This document shows, one piece after another, positions 50,935 through 64,000 of a stretch of 64,000 bases of DNA (position 1 is its first letter; each line of letters opens with the position of its first letter). The stretch lies in NCBI RefSeq assembly GCF_009914755.1, contig NC_060946.1; one strand, written 5' to 3'. The position numbers and the translations under genes were made by a program. This DNA comes from the human T2T-CHM13v2.0 reference genome, Homo sapiens. Under the pieces are notes generated by a model. That model made no database searches and was not told the DNA's origin. It saw only the letters and a list, made by a program, of their open reading frames with translations.

Positions 50935-51437
50935 AGTCAGAATTGGTCTAGCTACATAACACAAAAACCTGAAATAAGAGAAGCTTAAATGAAATAGAAG
51001 CTCATTCCCCATCCTTAAAAACTCAGAGGTGGGCCTTTCAGAAGTGGAGTGATGGCTGGTCCTTTATCCAGAATGCTGGCATTGCTATGTCTGCATCACC
51101 ATTCTCAACACAAGGCTTCTGTCCTCAAAGTCGTCTCATGATCCAGGACGGCTGCTGGAGCTCCAGCCATCATATTCTCCTTGCAGATTGGAAGGAAGAG
51201 GAAAAGCAGACAGTTAACAAGGGCCACTCCCCAAGGGGAGCCAGTTCCCCTTAAGCATCAAGTCTGCTTATCTTCTTAGCCAAAACTTCATTCTGAGGCC
51301 ACATCTGTCTGTAAGGAGGGCTGGCAAAGGCAATGCTTTATTCCCAAAGCCGTGTGCCTATCCAAAGCTCCAGGCCTGTTTGACCCCTGAAGAATGGGAG
51401 AGTGGGTCCTGGAGGGACATCTGGCAACCTCAGCCAC
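50935..51437 (-). mobile_element. Old MLT1 LTR
   Basis: AGTCAGAATTGGTCTAGCTACATAAC...GGCTGCTGGAGCTCCAGCCATCATAT...CTGTAAGGAGGGCTGG. Confidence 0.6.
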
Positions 51438-51566
51438 ATCACCCTGCAGAACAAGGTTCCTGTCCCACCTCCTCCAGGAAGCCCTGGAGGCTCAGAAGAG
51501 GGTTAAGGTGAGAAGTCAAATGTGTTTGGGGGTCTCTGAACTGGAAAAGGGGGACCCACATGATAA

Positions 51567-51739
51567 AAGTGGGTCCCAAACTTTGGCACACATCAGAATC
51601 CCCTAGAGGACTTGCCAAGACACAGATTGCCCACCCCACCCTGAATTCATTGGGTCTGTGGTGAGGCCCTAAAATGTGCATTTCTAGCAAATTTCCAGCT
51701 GATGCAGGCTAGCTCAGGAATCCCACTTTGAGAACCACC
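51567..51739 (-). mobile_element. MER5A (hAT-Charlie)
   Basis: CAAACTTTGGCACACATCAGAATC...TGCATTTCTAGCAAA...CACTTTGAGAACCAC. Confidence 0.85.
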
Positions 51740-52795
51740 AGGGTAACAAGAAAGGGCAGCCTAGCAGGAAGGATGTGGACACTGGGATTTTCCTATTGTT
51801 ATTTGTAAAACACAGACAGACCGCACTTCACAGTTTGTGAGATAATTTTACGTCTCGTCTCACCTCTCCGCCACCCTGTTCGTATTATTTTTCATTTTAT
51901 ATTTGCCCAAGAATATCACATGGCTTGCCCCAGGTCTTGTGGCTTGCTCAGCAAGTAGTTGGAATCGAATCGAATCCAGACCTTGTACCTTTTCCCATTC
52001 GTCTTAACTCCTCTCTTTATTCAGCCCACACTTCTGCCACTTTTCCTAAGTACCTACTCTGTGCTGGGCCCTGGCTCACACATCACATACATTGTTCCAT
52101 GTGACCCCCGTACCCAACCGCCCCAGTGGCCTGTCCCATTATCTTTTTTTACAGGAGAGGAAGCTGAGGCTGGGGCCAGGCATGCCGGAGTCAGGATTTG
52201 AACCCACATCATTCAGTCCCGATCCCCAGGTCACCCTGAGCACCTCTCTTCCTCCCGAAGGCACTGGAGAGCAGAAGCCCTTGGAAGCCATCAGAGTCCA
52301 TGGAGCTATGGGGCAGGTGGTAGAGGGAAGAGACCCCGGGGGGTAATTGGGTCCCTTGAGCCTCTGCATGGCCCAGCCGTGCCTTCCCAGTGCAGAAGGC
52401 TTTGTTCAAGGTCCTCTTCAAACAGTCTTTTCAACCACCCACTTCCCCCGTTTTTAGCTTGCTTCACCCAGGTCTTTGAGTTAATTATTCCCAGACAGAA
52501 AATTACTTCTAACGCTCAGAACAAGTAATTTCGGATGGCAGAACTCATTATCAGCATTGTCCACATTTCTCCGGGAGAGCAGGGGAGATTTTCTCCAGCC
52601 TGGGAGCTTAATTATGGGAAACAGTGGAACAGAGCTGCAGTCGGCACAGACGTCAGTGCGTGGTGGCTCCTGGCAGGGGCTGAACCCAGAAAGCCAGTGG
52701 CCAGGGTGAGGAGGTTCGGAGCCCAGCTGCCATTACCTTCCACTGGCAGGATTGGGGGCGGCAACCCTTGGGGCCCACGCCTGACACAGAGTCCC

Positions 52796-53712
52796 TGTGT
52801 GGGTTGAACGGCCTACCCCAAAGGTTCGTGTCCACCCAGAAGCTCAGAGTGTGACCCTATTTGGAAATAAGGTCTTTGCAGATGGGATTCGAGATCTCTA
52901 GAGCATTCTGCATTTAGGATGGGCTCTAAGTCCAATGACTGGTGTCCTTATAAGAAGAGGAAAAAAGACGCAGACACACGAAAAAGGCGGCCGTGTGAAT
53001 AGAGGAGAGATGGGAGTGATGTGTCCCAGCCGAGGACCGCCTGGAGTCAGCAGAGGCGGAAGAGGCAGAGAGGCTCCTCCCCTCTAGCCTTTGGAGTGAG
53101 CGCTGCGCTCCCAACACCTTGGCTTTGGATGTCTGGCCTCCAGCAGAGCGAGAGAATAAACACTCATTTTGTTTTTTGTTTTTTGTGTTTTTTTTACTTT
53201 AAGTTCTGGGATACACGTGCTGAACGTGCAGGTTTGTTACATGGGTATACACGTGCCATGGTGGTTTGATGCGACTATCAACCTGTCATTTAGGTTTTAA
53301 GCCCCGCATGCATTAGATATTTGTCTTAATGCTCTCCTTCTTTCCCTACACAAATCAATAAACATGATATATCACATAAACAGAAGCAATGACAAAAACC
53401 ACATGATTATCTCAATAGATGCAGAAGAGGCCTTCGATAAAGTTCAATACCTCTTCATGCTAAAAACTCTCAATAATCTAGGTATTGATGGAACATATCT
53501 CCAAATAATAAGAGCTATTTATGACAAAACCATAGCCAATATTATACTGAATGGGCAAAACCTGGAAGCATTCCCTTTGAAAACTGGCACAAGACAAGGA
53601 TGCCCTCTCTCACCACTCCTATTCAACATAGTACTGGAAGTTCTAAACATTCATTGTTTTAAGGCCTACGTGTGTCCTCCTTTGTGACTACAGCCCCAGG
53701 ATATTTCCAGAG
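52796..53712 (+). mobile_element. MLT1B/C LTR interrupted by L1PA
   Basis: TGTGACCCTATTTGGAAATAAGGTCTTTGCAGATG...TCCAATGACTGGTGTCCTTATAAGAAGAGG; resumes TTGTTTTAAG at 53654. Confidence 0.85.
53176..53643 (-). mobile_element. Short L1PA (PA7/8-like) insertion with 5' inversion
   Basis: Antisense L1PA 3' end to 53346, then sense RT segment ([12 protein letters not shown]...[16 protein letters not shown]); TSD TAAACA(C/T)TCATT...GTTTT at 53157 and 53644. Confidence 0.9.
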
Positions 53713-54289
53713 TCTCGCCCAGCAAAGGCCCTCCTGGGGGGACAGCGCTCAGTCCCCTCCTGCTGCCAGCAGCATCTCTGCCGTCTCTCCAGCCTCCTCC
53801 TGAGACTCCATGTGGGCATCCCGCAGCAACCTTTCCTTTTCTCACCGTTTCTCCTGCCCACTCTCTGCTCACAAATCCCAATGTCCCTCTCCAGCCCAGA
53901 CCCCAACGCCCCACCCGTTGATCCAGCAGACCTACGGTGTTCCTCCTGAAACCCAGCCTTCCCCACCACCTCCTCCCCTTCCCGCTCTAGCTCCCAAGCT
54001 CCTCATCCCGCTGGTGCCACTGCCATCCTTCCCTCTTGCAGCGAAAAGGTATTTGGCACCTTCCCCAGGCCAGGCCCTGAGGATACCCCAGTTAGCAAAC
54101 CCAGGTCCTAGGAGAAAGTGGCGACCGACATTAGCTGGAGGCTTGGAGTCTGGATGAACCCTAAATAGACTTCAGGCACAGGCTGCTCCCAAAAGCCTTC
54201 CTGCTCCCAGAGTGGGGCAGGGACTTCTCTGACCTCCACCAGCCCCTGTATGCTCAGTCATACCATGTGGCTGCTCAGGAGTAGACAGC

Positions 54290-54610
54290 CCAGGGCTGGT
54301 GAGGTGCTCGGGAAACTCATGTAGACCCGATTTCTTCTAGCTTCCTGCTCCACCACCCTCAAGAGCATCTCTGTCTTCATGGTCAGAAGATAGCTGCTGG
54401 GCATCCAAGCATCACACCCACATTCCAGGCAGAAAGAAGAGAAAAGCTAAAGGCTGAAAGTTACAAACCATCTCCTTGGAAGGCTTTGTCATTTTATTAG
54501 AAGACAGAAGCTCTCTCCAAGGAGTTCCACCCACCTTTCACTGGCCAGAGCTCAGTCACACGGTTGCACGTGTCTGGCTGTAAGGGAACCTGGGAATTTG
54601 AAAGTTTTGT
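54290..54610 (-). mobile_element. Old MLT1 LTR fragment
   Basis: TTCATGGTCAGAAGATAGCTGCTG...CACATTCCAGGCAGAAAGAAG...CACTGGCCAGAGCTCAGTCACACGG...GCTGTAAGGGAACCTGGGAA. Confidence 0.6.
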
Positions 54611-56599
54611 TTTCCAGTCCGTACATTACAGGGAGGTAAGGAAGGGGATTGGACTAGGTCATTCAAAGCCACCATCTCTGGTTCAAGCCTCCCATCGCAG
54701 CTCTCGGGAGGCTGGTGTGGACACCTTCCTGTTCCTATGCACCCTCCGCCCCTCTCAAATCCAACTCCTTTCCACCTCCTGCTCTTTGATGCCTCTCCTC
54801 CTGCTTCCTGACTGGACTTCCCTTCCGCTGCTACCCGCTCACTGTCCAAACCTAAAGCATCACTTAAGACTCAGCTAAAAAGCCACATTCCCACCCCAAG
54901 GTGGACCCCCACTGCTGGCCACCTGCACACCTCTTACCCACCCACTGTGGTATCGTGTCCACTGCTTGCTTTTCCCACTGGATGAGCCCCTTGTCAAGTA
55001 CAGGGACCATGTCTGGCTTGGCTGTGTCTGCAGCACCCAGCCAAGTGGCCTCGGTGAGCACTTGCTGAGCTGAGCCACTGATCGGGGCTGAGTCAGAGCC
55101 AGAAGAGATGGCGCCATTTCCTCCTCCGCCCTGATGCTCAAGGAAGCAGGGAGGGAGAGAACAGCCCGCAGGAGGAGGTCTGCTTGTGTTTTGATCTTGG
55201 AAATGAACAAGGATGGGCTCTCATTAATCAGCGGAGACAGGGACAGACGCCGCTGTTTGTTTCCAGTAATAACAGACACCCAATAATAACAGGAAATTGG
55301 TGCTGATGACTCCTCTCCTCCTGTCATAGGCACCAGGCAGGCTGGAAGGACCTCAGTCACCTCTCATGGAGCCAATGGGGAAACTGATTATCCCAGGAGG
55401 CAAGTGACCCACTACGTCACTCAGCAAATCAGTGCACAGCCAGGGGTTGCACTTCTGAGGCTAGGACCAGGGTCGCGAGTGGGATAGGAAGGACGATGGG
55501 CAAGGACCTGTGCAACCTCCTGCTTCCTAGAGACCCTTGAAAGGTGAAATCTGCTTTCAATCACTCTGTGGGGTCCTGTTTCAAGACCCCTTCCCAGAGG
55601 ACAAAACAAGGACATGGCCAGTGTTATAGGCTCCAAACATCATCGGCCCTCCCCCCTTATTTCCCTCTGCACCCCCCACGATGGCCCCAGGCAGAGCCAC
55701 CAGCAGCTCTCCCGTACGATGCTCCAAGCCCTTAATGGTCCCCGCCATCGCCCCCTACTGCCCCCGACCCAGCCAGACCACAGGTCTCCTCCCCATGCAG
55801 TGGCTGCTGTGATCCCAGCACATCCATCCCATCACAGTCCCGTGCCAGCCTCTACTCCAACCCTATACCCTGGAGATCCTACATGACATCCACCCCCCAC
55901 CGCCCCCTCACCTGGCTCCAGGCACGCGCCAGCCTCAGGGTCTCTGCTTTAGCCGTTCCTGCTGCCTGGACACTTGTCACCAGGTACTGGGTATTGGCAG
56001 GGCCCCTCCCTCACCTCCTGCAAGTCTCTGCTCAGTGTCACCTTGCTGACCGCCCTGTCTAAACCTGCCAGCTCCACTAGCACCCTGGTGCTCCCACCCC
56101 ATCACCTGCATCATGTTTCTTCCCACGACCCATTTCCAACCCCCTGCTCTATGCTTTATATAAATATGCATTTGTATGCAGGGTCATCTGATTCCCCCAC
56201 TAGATCAGCCCCTCCACGGTTGGGGCAGGGGGGCGCGCTCTGTCTATCCTGATCTCAGACCTCACTCAGGCCCCCAGAACAGTGCCTGGCACCAAGTGGC
56301 AGCCCACATCTTCACTGACCCGACAAAAAAGGAGATGAGCAGAGGGTGCCTTTTGGAGACTGAGAGGTTGTAGGCCTGAGTGTGGTAGTTACTGGCACCT
56401 CTAAGAACCTGGCCAGCAAGCCCAGAGGCTGCCTGGAGGAGAGGGTTTTGGAGAAGGCTGGTGTGGAGCAAACAGAGCCTGCCATGTAGAGCTGTGAGTG
56501 CCTGGTGAGGTCAGTGAGGAGGAGGGCCTGGCACGTGGCCACAGGGGAGCAGCTGACCTCTGCTGGGCACAAGCTTTGGTCCACACCTGTATAAAGGGC

Positions 56600-56757
56600 T
56601 GCACAGTGAATCCCTATGATAGCTTCACAAATTATGCACTGTTACTGCCTCCCTCCTACAGATGGGGAAACTGAGGCTCAGAGAGGCCAAGCGATTCCTT
56701 CAAGGTCACCCAGATAATGAGGAGACCAAGATTCAAAACCGTATGAGCCCTGACTCT
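56600..56757 (-). mobile_element. MIR
   Basis: TACAGATGGGGAAACTGAGGCTCAGAGAGGCCAAGCGATTCCTTCAAGGTCACCCAG. Confidence 0.8.
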
Positions 56758-56894
56758 TCACAGCAGTTTATTATTTCTCTTAATAAATAACACATTCAGT
56801 AGGGTTTGGGTCTAAAAGTCACCGCTTTGCTAGTAAAAAACTTCCACAAATGGCAGGTGCAATAAGGATGTGGTGATAGAAAACAGAAACTCTA

Positions 56895-57287
<393 letters not shown>

Positions 57288-58892
57288 TTAATTACCTGAA
57301 GACAAAATGGTTAGAAGCCAAGTACCTGCCCTGCAGGCCATGGAGGGGTCGACCATCGTTAGGGGCTGGAAGAAAACCCGCCCACTAGGAATGAGATGCG
57401 GGTCCTCAGGGGCCCATGCTCCAGCAGCAGGAGCCAGGGGGTCGCCTCAGAGCCCTGTGGTCCGGGACAAGACAGCTTCCCTCGAGCACCCTGCCGCCAT
57501 CACCATCTGACTTGGGTGTTGAGATGAAGTTCATCTCACCCTGTGTCCTGATGGCATCAGTCCTCAAGAGAAGCCGGGGACCCCATCACCGTCTGCCTCA
57601 TAAGGCCCTGCATATCCCTCCCACAGCAGTGCCCCCCTCGGCTCCTCTCCCTTCCCCTCCGTGACACCCCCCGGGCTTCAGTCAACTGTCAACAAAACCA
57701 CCTACACCTTCAGACTCTGCCTGAGTTAAATCCAGTCCATCCCCGAGGACCCTGCCACCCCCATGGGGTCTGCTCTCAGGGGGCTGTTCCCTCGCCCACA
57801 TCCCACTGGCCATGGCGGTCTCCTTGTCCCTCACTGTGGCTTCTATGCCATTCTCCCTCCCTCCATCCTGAACGCCCCACACTCACCCAATTCACGCTGT
57901 TGGACTTTGTCACCCAACACCCTCCCTGCAACAGTTGCGGCCCACCCCCAAGTCACACCCCTCCTCAGTCACTGTCACCCCCTCAACACCACTCCTGATA
58001 GAATTCCTGGTGACTGCCGTGGCCACAGGCTTGATCCTCCCAACAGCCTGGCCTCTGGGCTCCCGGGATCCCCTTTTCTCATAACCTTCCTCCACCTGAT
58101 CTCAGCCACCCACTCCCAGGGCCAGGAGTGATTTCAAATCCCTAACAGCCAGCCTGGGAAGGGGTGGCCCTGCAGACGGGTGTGGCCATGCAGGTGTGCA
58201 CCAACCCTGCGTTCACCCCGCCCTGCGCCTCACCATCCGCAGCCACTGAAGCACAGAGCTCCTTCTCAGTGGGAAGCACTCACCGCCAGCCCCACCTTTC
58301 CAGCTCGGCGCTCTCATGCCCCAGCCCCGACCATCTCTTGCCCCCTCCTTCCAAACGAACACAGCAAGGTGGGTGGTGTTCTGAGCTTCACTGCTTTCTG
58401 ACCACAGAGGAGTGAACCCAGCTCCGGCCGGGGGGGTACGCAGAATGGAGAATGTGAGCTGCGGGGCTGAGCCTCTTCACAGACTCAGGAACTACAGACG
58501 GCATTCTGTGGGATCCCCACAGAGGCTCCTAAGTAGGTGTGTGAGCTGCAGTGTAGACATTTAACACCATCTCAAGACAGAAAACCAAGCCCGGTTTTCC
58601 AGCCCAGCTGGCATTTCCCCTGCTGTGCTCAGAAACAGGGGCTGCAGCCAGACACCCACCGTGGGCAGAAGCTGGAAGGTAAAGTGACATCCCAGAAAAG
58701 TGGGGGCCAATCACAGGGGTGCCCCAAAAGTCACCCATGGCAAGTGTGCATCATTTTGCAAACACTAAGGTGCGATTTTCAAAGAAAAACAAGAGAGAAT
58801 GCATCCAAAGAGAAACTGGAACCAAATACGCCAATTCCCCAGAACAAATAGACGGTCAGGACCGAGCTGCCCAAGCGTGAGCGAGATGAAAC

Positions 58893-58906
58893 GATGCCAT
58901 GGCAAC
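58893..58906. promoter_or_regulatory. RFX X-box motif
   Basis: GATGCCATGGCAAC, 13/14 to palindromic GTTGCCATGGCAAC, in a CpG-retaining patch. Confidence 0.5.
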
Positions 58907-59455
58907 CGCGCAAGCAGACGGCACCGAAGAGAAGGGAGAAGGAAGGGGGATCTCATAAGCCAAAGTGAGGCAAACAGCCCAACCCAGACCGCGTCAGCCA
59001 CAAACAGGTGTGGCCTCCCGGTGGCTTCATGCTGGAGAACAAATGGCTGAGGACATGAATTCCACAAAAGCAACACTCCCAGAGGCGAGAAGCCAGAAGA
59101 ATGAGATGAAAAGGGAGATTTGGAACCTGAGGAAAGAAATGTGGGACAGTCCATCCTTGTGAACCTAACAGATGAGAAGCAGCAAAGGACCTCACCTCCC
59201 TCACGGCTTTGCTCAAACATCCCGTTCCCAGGAAGTCTTCCCGGCCACCCTCCCCATCGTGGTTCACGCTCCTCACAGCCCTTGTGGACATCTCGTGTGC
59301 TGGATGCGCTGTTTATTTTGCCAATCCTCTCTCTATCCCCACCACTTCCAAGAGGAGGCCTTGCCTGTCCTGCCATGCTCTTGCCCCAATACCATCTTCG
59401 CCTGGCACCTGGCCAGCACTTGATAAATACTTAGTGAAAGACTAAATGGATGACT

Positions 59456-61059
<1,604 letters not shown>

Positions 61060-61223
61060 TAGTGAAATAACATCTTCAAAAAAGTCTCCCTCTCTCCCTT
61101 CATTTGTCCAGAGTGATGTTCAAATGCTATCAGAGATTGTTACTTCTGGAGAGCAGGATGTGCGTACTTTCTGCACCCTCAATATTGTTTTTTTCCTCCC
61201 TTATTTGTGTCCTGTTTGCTGAG

Positions 61224-61452
61224 TGTGGTGGTCACTTGAGTGTCCAGATCTCTTCCCGGGGCACATGATGGGGTCACGCACCTCCTGGTCCCCTTGATGC
61301 CAGGCGTGGCCATGTGGCTTTCTTTGGCCTATGCATGTAGAAATGAGATGTGAGAAAATGAGAGCTGTCACTTCAGAGGAGAGGCTTTAAAGTTACCGAT
61401 ATGTGGGGCTGTTTGTTACTGCAACACAACCTACATCCTTCTGACTGATACA
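61224..61452 (+). mobile_element. Old MLT1 (I/J-like) LTR, internally deleted
   Basis: TGTGGTGG start, GTGGCCATGTGGCTTTCTTTGGCC, end TGTTTGTTACTGCAACACAACC...CTGACTGATACA; TSD (C/A)TGAG. Confidence 0.65.
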
Positions 61453-64000
61453 ATGAGCATGGATCATTTTATAAAAAGCCATAGAGTGTTTTTTTTTTCC
61501 TAATCAGAAGGAGGAGAGAGGAGGAGGCAGAAAAGGAGGGAAGGAGGGAGGGAAAAAGAAAATTAGAAGCAAATATGCCAAAGTGTTCATGTAATTAATT
61601 TTGTGAGGTGGAAACCTGCATCCTTGTTAGTCCTTTGAAGTTTTCATATTTCTTTTCATTAAACATTTTTTTCATGAAATGAAATCAACAGTAATAGCTT
61701 GAGAGGCCACTGCCACCTCAGCACAAAGTCCCCATGATAGACACCCAAGTCCACCTGCTGGACGAAGCCTGCCACGCTGACCACCAGCCACAGACCACTT
61801 GTGGCATCCGCCAACGCTTGATACAGTCCCAGAGGACACCCTCGAGTTAGCAGAGAGGTCGGACAGACCTCAGGCCAGACCTTCTGGGCCCTCCAGCCAT
61901 GCAAGCACTGGCACCAAGGGTCTGCTCCATCTTGCACAGTTAGCCAACCTCACAATGCAAGGGCTACAGCCCCACTTGGCAAATGGCAAAGCTCACATCA
62001 GACTGGCCAACTTGTCTGAGGCTATACGGCAAGTAAGGGAGGTCAAATTCAAGCTCCGGGCTGGTCTCTAAGTCTCTCCATCCCTCATGAGGGCAGCCAG
62101 CCTCTCGGGATGGATTTAAAGTGTCATGGCTCCAGGGCCGAGAGAGCTTCCAGGCCAGGACCTGAGTGTATTCTGGGTGGTAAAAGGACCACCGGGTAGA
62201 CCTTGGGGCCGGGCTGCCAAGGCCACCCTGTGAGCGAGGACAGGGGCGGCACTGGCCCAGGGCTGAGGGGCTGCGGGCAAGGCGGCTGGCACCCTGTGGG
62301 ACACCAGGCATGTCGAGAGGCCCCACGGGAGGGAGGAAAGGGGCCGTTGTATGAAAGCTGGTCACAGAGCTCCTCTTTGGGGAGACTGCCCAGGATTTGC
62401 CCACACCCCAGCCCCCTTTACCCACGGCTGGTGAGAGTGTGGCTTTCCCAGAGGCCTGTTCCTAGAGGCTCCCGAGAGGGCCAAAGAGAAGACAACAGCT
62501 CAGACCACTGAGTGGGAGACAGGGGCTTTGAGAGAGGGGAATCGAGACCACACAGGGCCCTGGGCTGAGACCCTGGGAGCTGAGGAATTCCTGGTGGTGA
62601 GAATTCCTGGACCAGCTCTAAGATCAGCAATGCCGTACCAGGCTGGTGGAGGTAATTGTCCACTCCCCACCACCACGTCCCCCTATCTAGAACCTTCTGC
62701 AGAGCCTGAGGCACACCGTGGCCTATGAGAGCGGGTGCTTTAGTGCAATCAAGGGCTGGAAGCAACACTTGGGCCAAGGCAGGTGGAGACGGGAGAAGAA
62801 ACCTCCAGGGCTGGATTTGAGGAGCTGGAGAGGCGCCTCCGACGCTGGCATCCCAGCAAGAGGAGACCAGGAAAGTCAGGTGTCAGAAAGTCACCAGGAG
62901 GCGGGGCCACCAAATTAGACCCAGCTGAGGAGCTGGGACAACAACCCCAGCGCCCAGCCCATCTCACCTCACTACATGCTAACGTGGTGGAGAAGAGAAC
63001 ACCCATAGCACAGATGAGGACACTGAGGCTCAGGGAGAAGCCAGATCTCCCCAAGGTCAACTAGCACTGAGAGTGGGGCCCAGCCCGGACTTCTAGGCCT
63101 GGGGAGTGGCAGAAGGGTCCCAGGTGTGGCTGTGACTGTGGGAGCCTCCCTCTGTGAGTGCCAATTCCCTCACCGACTTGGGGTCTCCCAAGAGGCCACC
63201 TCACCTGGCCATGCAAGGAGGAAGCAGCAGAGACCTAAACAGTCATACTCCCTCCCGGGCCTGCGGTAAGGACAAGTGAGGACCCATACCCGGGCTGAAG
63301 CTGCTCACCCTCAGCAGCGCTGGCGTCCTTGTCTGCCCACAGCTGCCCAACCGCCTCCATGAACTGGGAGGTAAAAGACGCCTCCTTCCGCACCCTGCCG
63401 GGCTGTCCTGCCTGTGACCACACTGCTGCCGACCCAAGTCCTCGCAAGGCCCTGCCCCACTCTGCAGCAGGCAGGCCCCCAGTTCAGCCCCCTGTCCTTG
63501 CCCGGAGACTCTGAGACCCCAGCACCCCCTCCAGGCAACCAACCTCCAAACTGTGGCTGCGGCTCTTTGAGGCCGTATTTGCAGGCAACTTCAGAGCTAA
63601 AAATTTCAAGGCAGGTAAAGGGGAGTGGGGGTGCCCCTCCTTTTCCATCCTGCTGTTACGGCCTCCCCCTGGCACCAGGAGGCCCTGCTCACTGCATCTG
63701 GGTGTGCAGATGGGATGGAGACGCTGATACAGGGGCAGAAACAAAGCAGCAGGCAGCAGCCAGCACATGGGGAGACACAGGCTCCACAAGCACACACCGT
63801 CAGCGCCCCCACTCCCAACTCCACCAATGCAGGGCGTGGGGACACAACCAGGCTGCCCTGTGACCTGTGACCACTGGGAGAGGGCTTGGCCCTCGCAGAC
63901 GCTGACCCTGAAGGCACAGTGGACCTGCCCACTGCAGCTAGAGGCTAATTTTCAGTTCTCTAAATTGGGGAGAGAAGAGCATGTGTCTCCCAGCCGTGTG

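Noticed and set aside
51551-51577. 9-bp stem GGGACCCAC / GTGGGTCCC
   Set aside because: Single short stem at the MER5A boundary; compatible with chance or a local template switch, with no other support.
53364-53687. 107-aa reverse-transcriptase-like ORF
   Set aside because: A fragment of L1 ORF2p in a truncated inverted insertion; not a retron or stand-alone RT.

Overview
Primate (human-like) genomic DNA with AluJ/S/Y, L1PA/L1M, L2, MIR, MaLR LTRs, Tigger1 and MER elements. I can support no intact protein-coding gene. The ORF track is almost entirely Alu-, L1-, low-complexity- or chance-derived. GC-rich flanks surround an AT-rich island of about 14 kb (~28.0-42.0 kb) built by nested retrotransposition. 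The one gene-derived element is a full-length processed keratin-18 pseudogene (38704-40104), with an 11-bp TSD, inserted in an ancient L1. From memory only and unverified, the layout resembles the 22q13.31 KRT18P23/LINC00207 region. The most unusual observation is an MST (MaLR) element at 30852-31850 shaped like an mRNA (R-U5 / deleted internal / U3-R / A tail). It has a 9-10 bp TSD at an L1-endonuclease-type site, which suggests an LTR-element transcript retroposed by L1. Other leads: a tailless Alu 39 bp from an inverted Alu inside Tigger1; a twin-primed L1PA with a very large gap; splice signals for a possible TE-derived lncRNA at ~41.1-44.2 kb; a near-perfect RFX X-box in a CpG-retaining patch; and large (TGGA)n and purine-only tracts. 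I see no evidence of a new protein-coding system. Repeat subfamilies and boundaries of old repeats were assigned by eye and are approximate.
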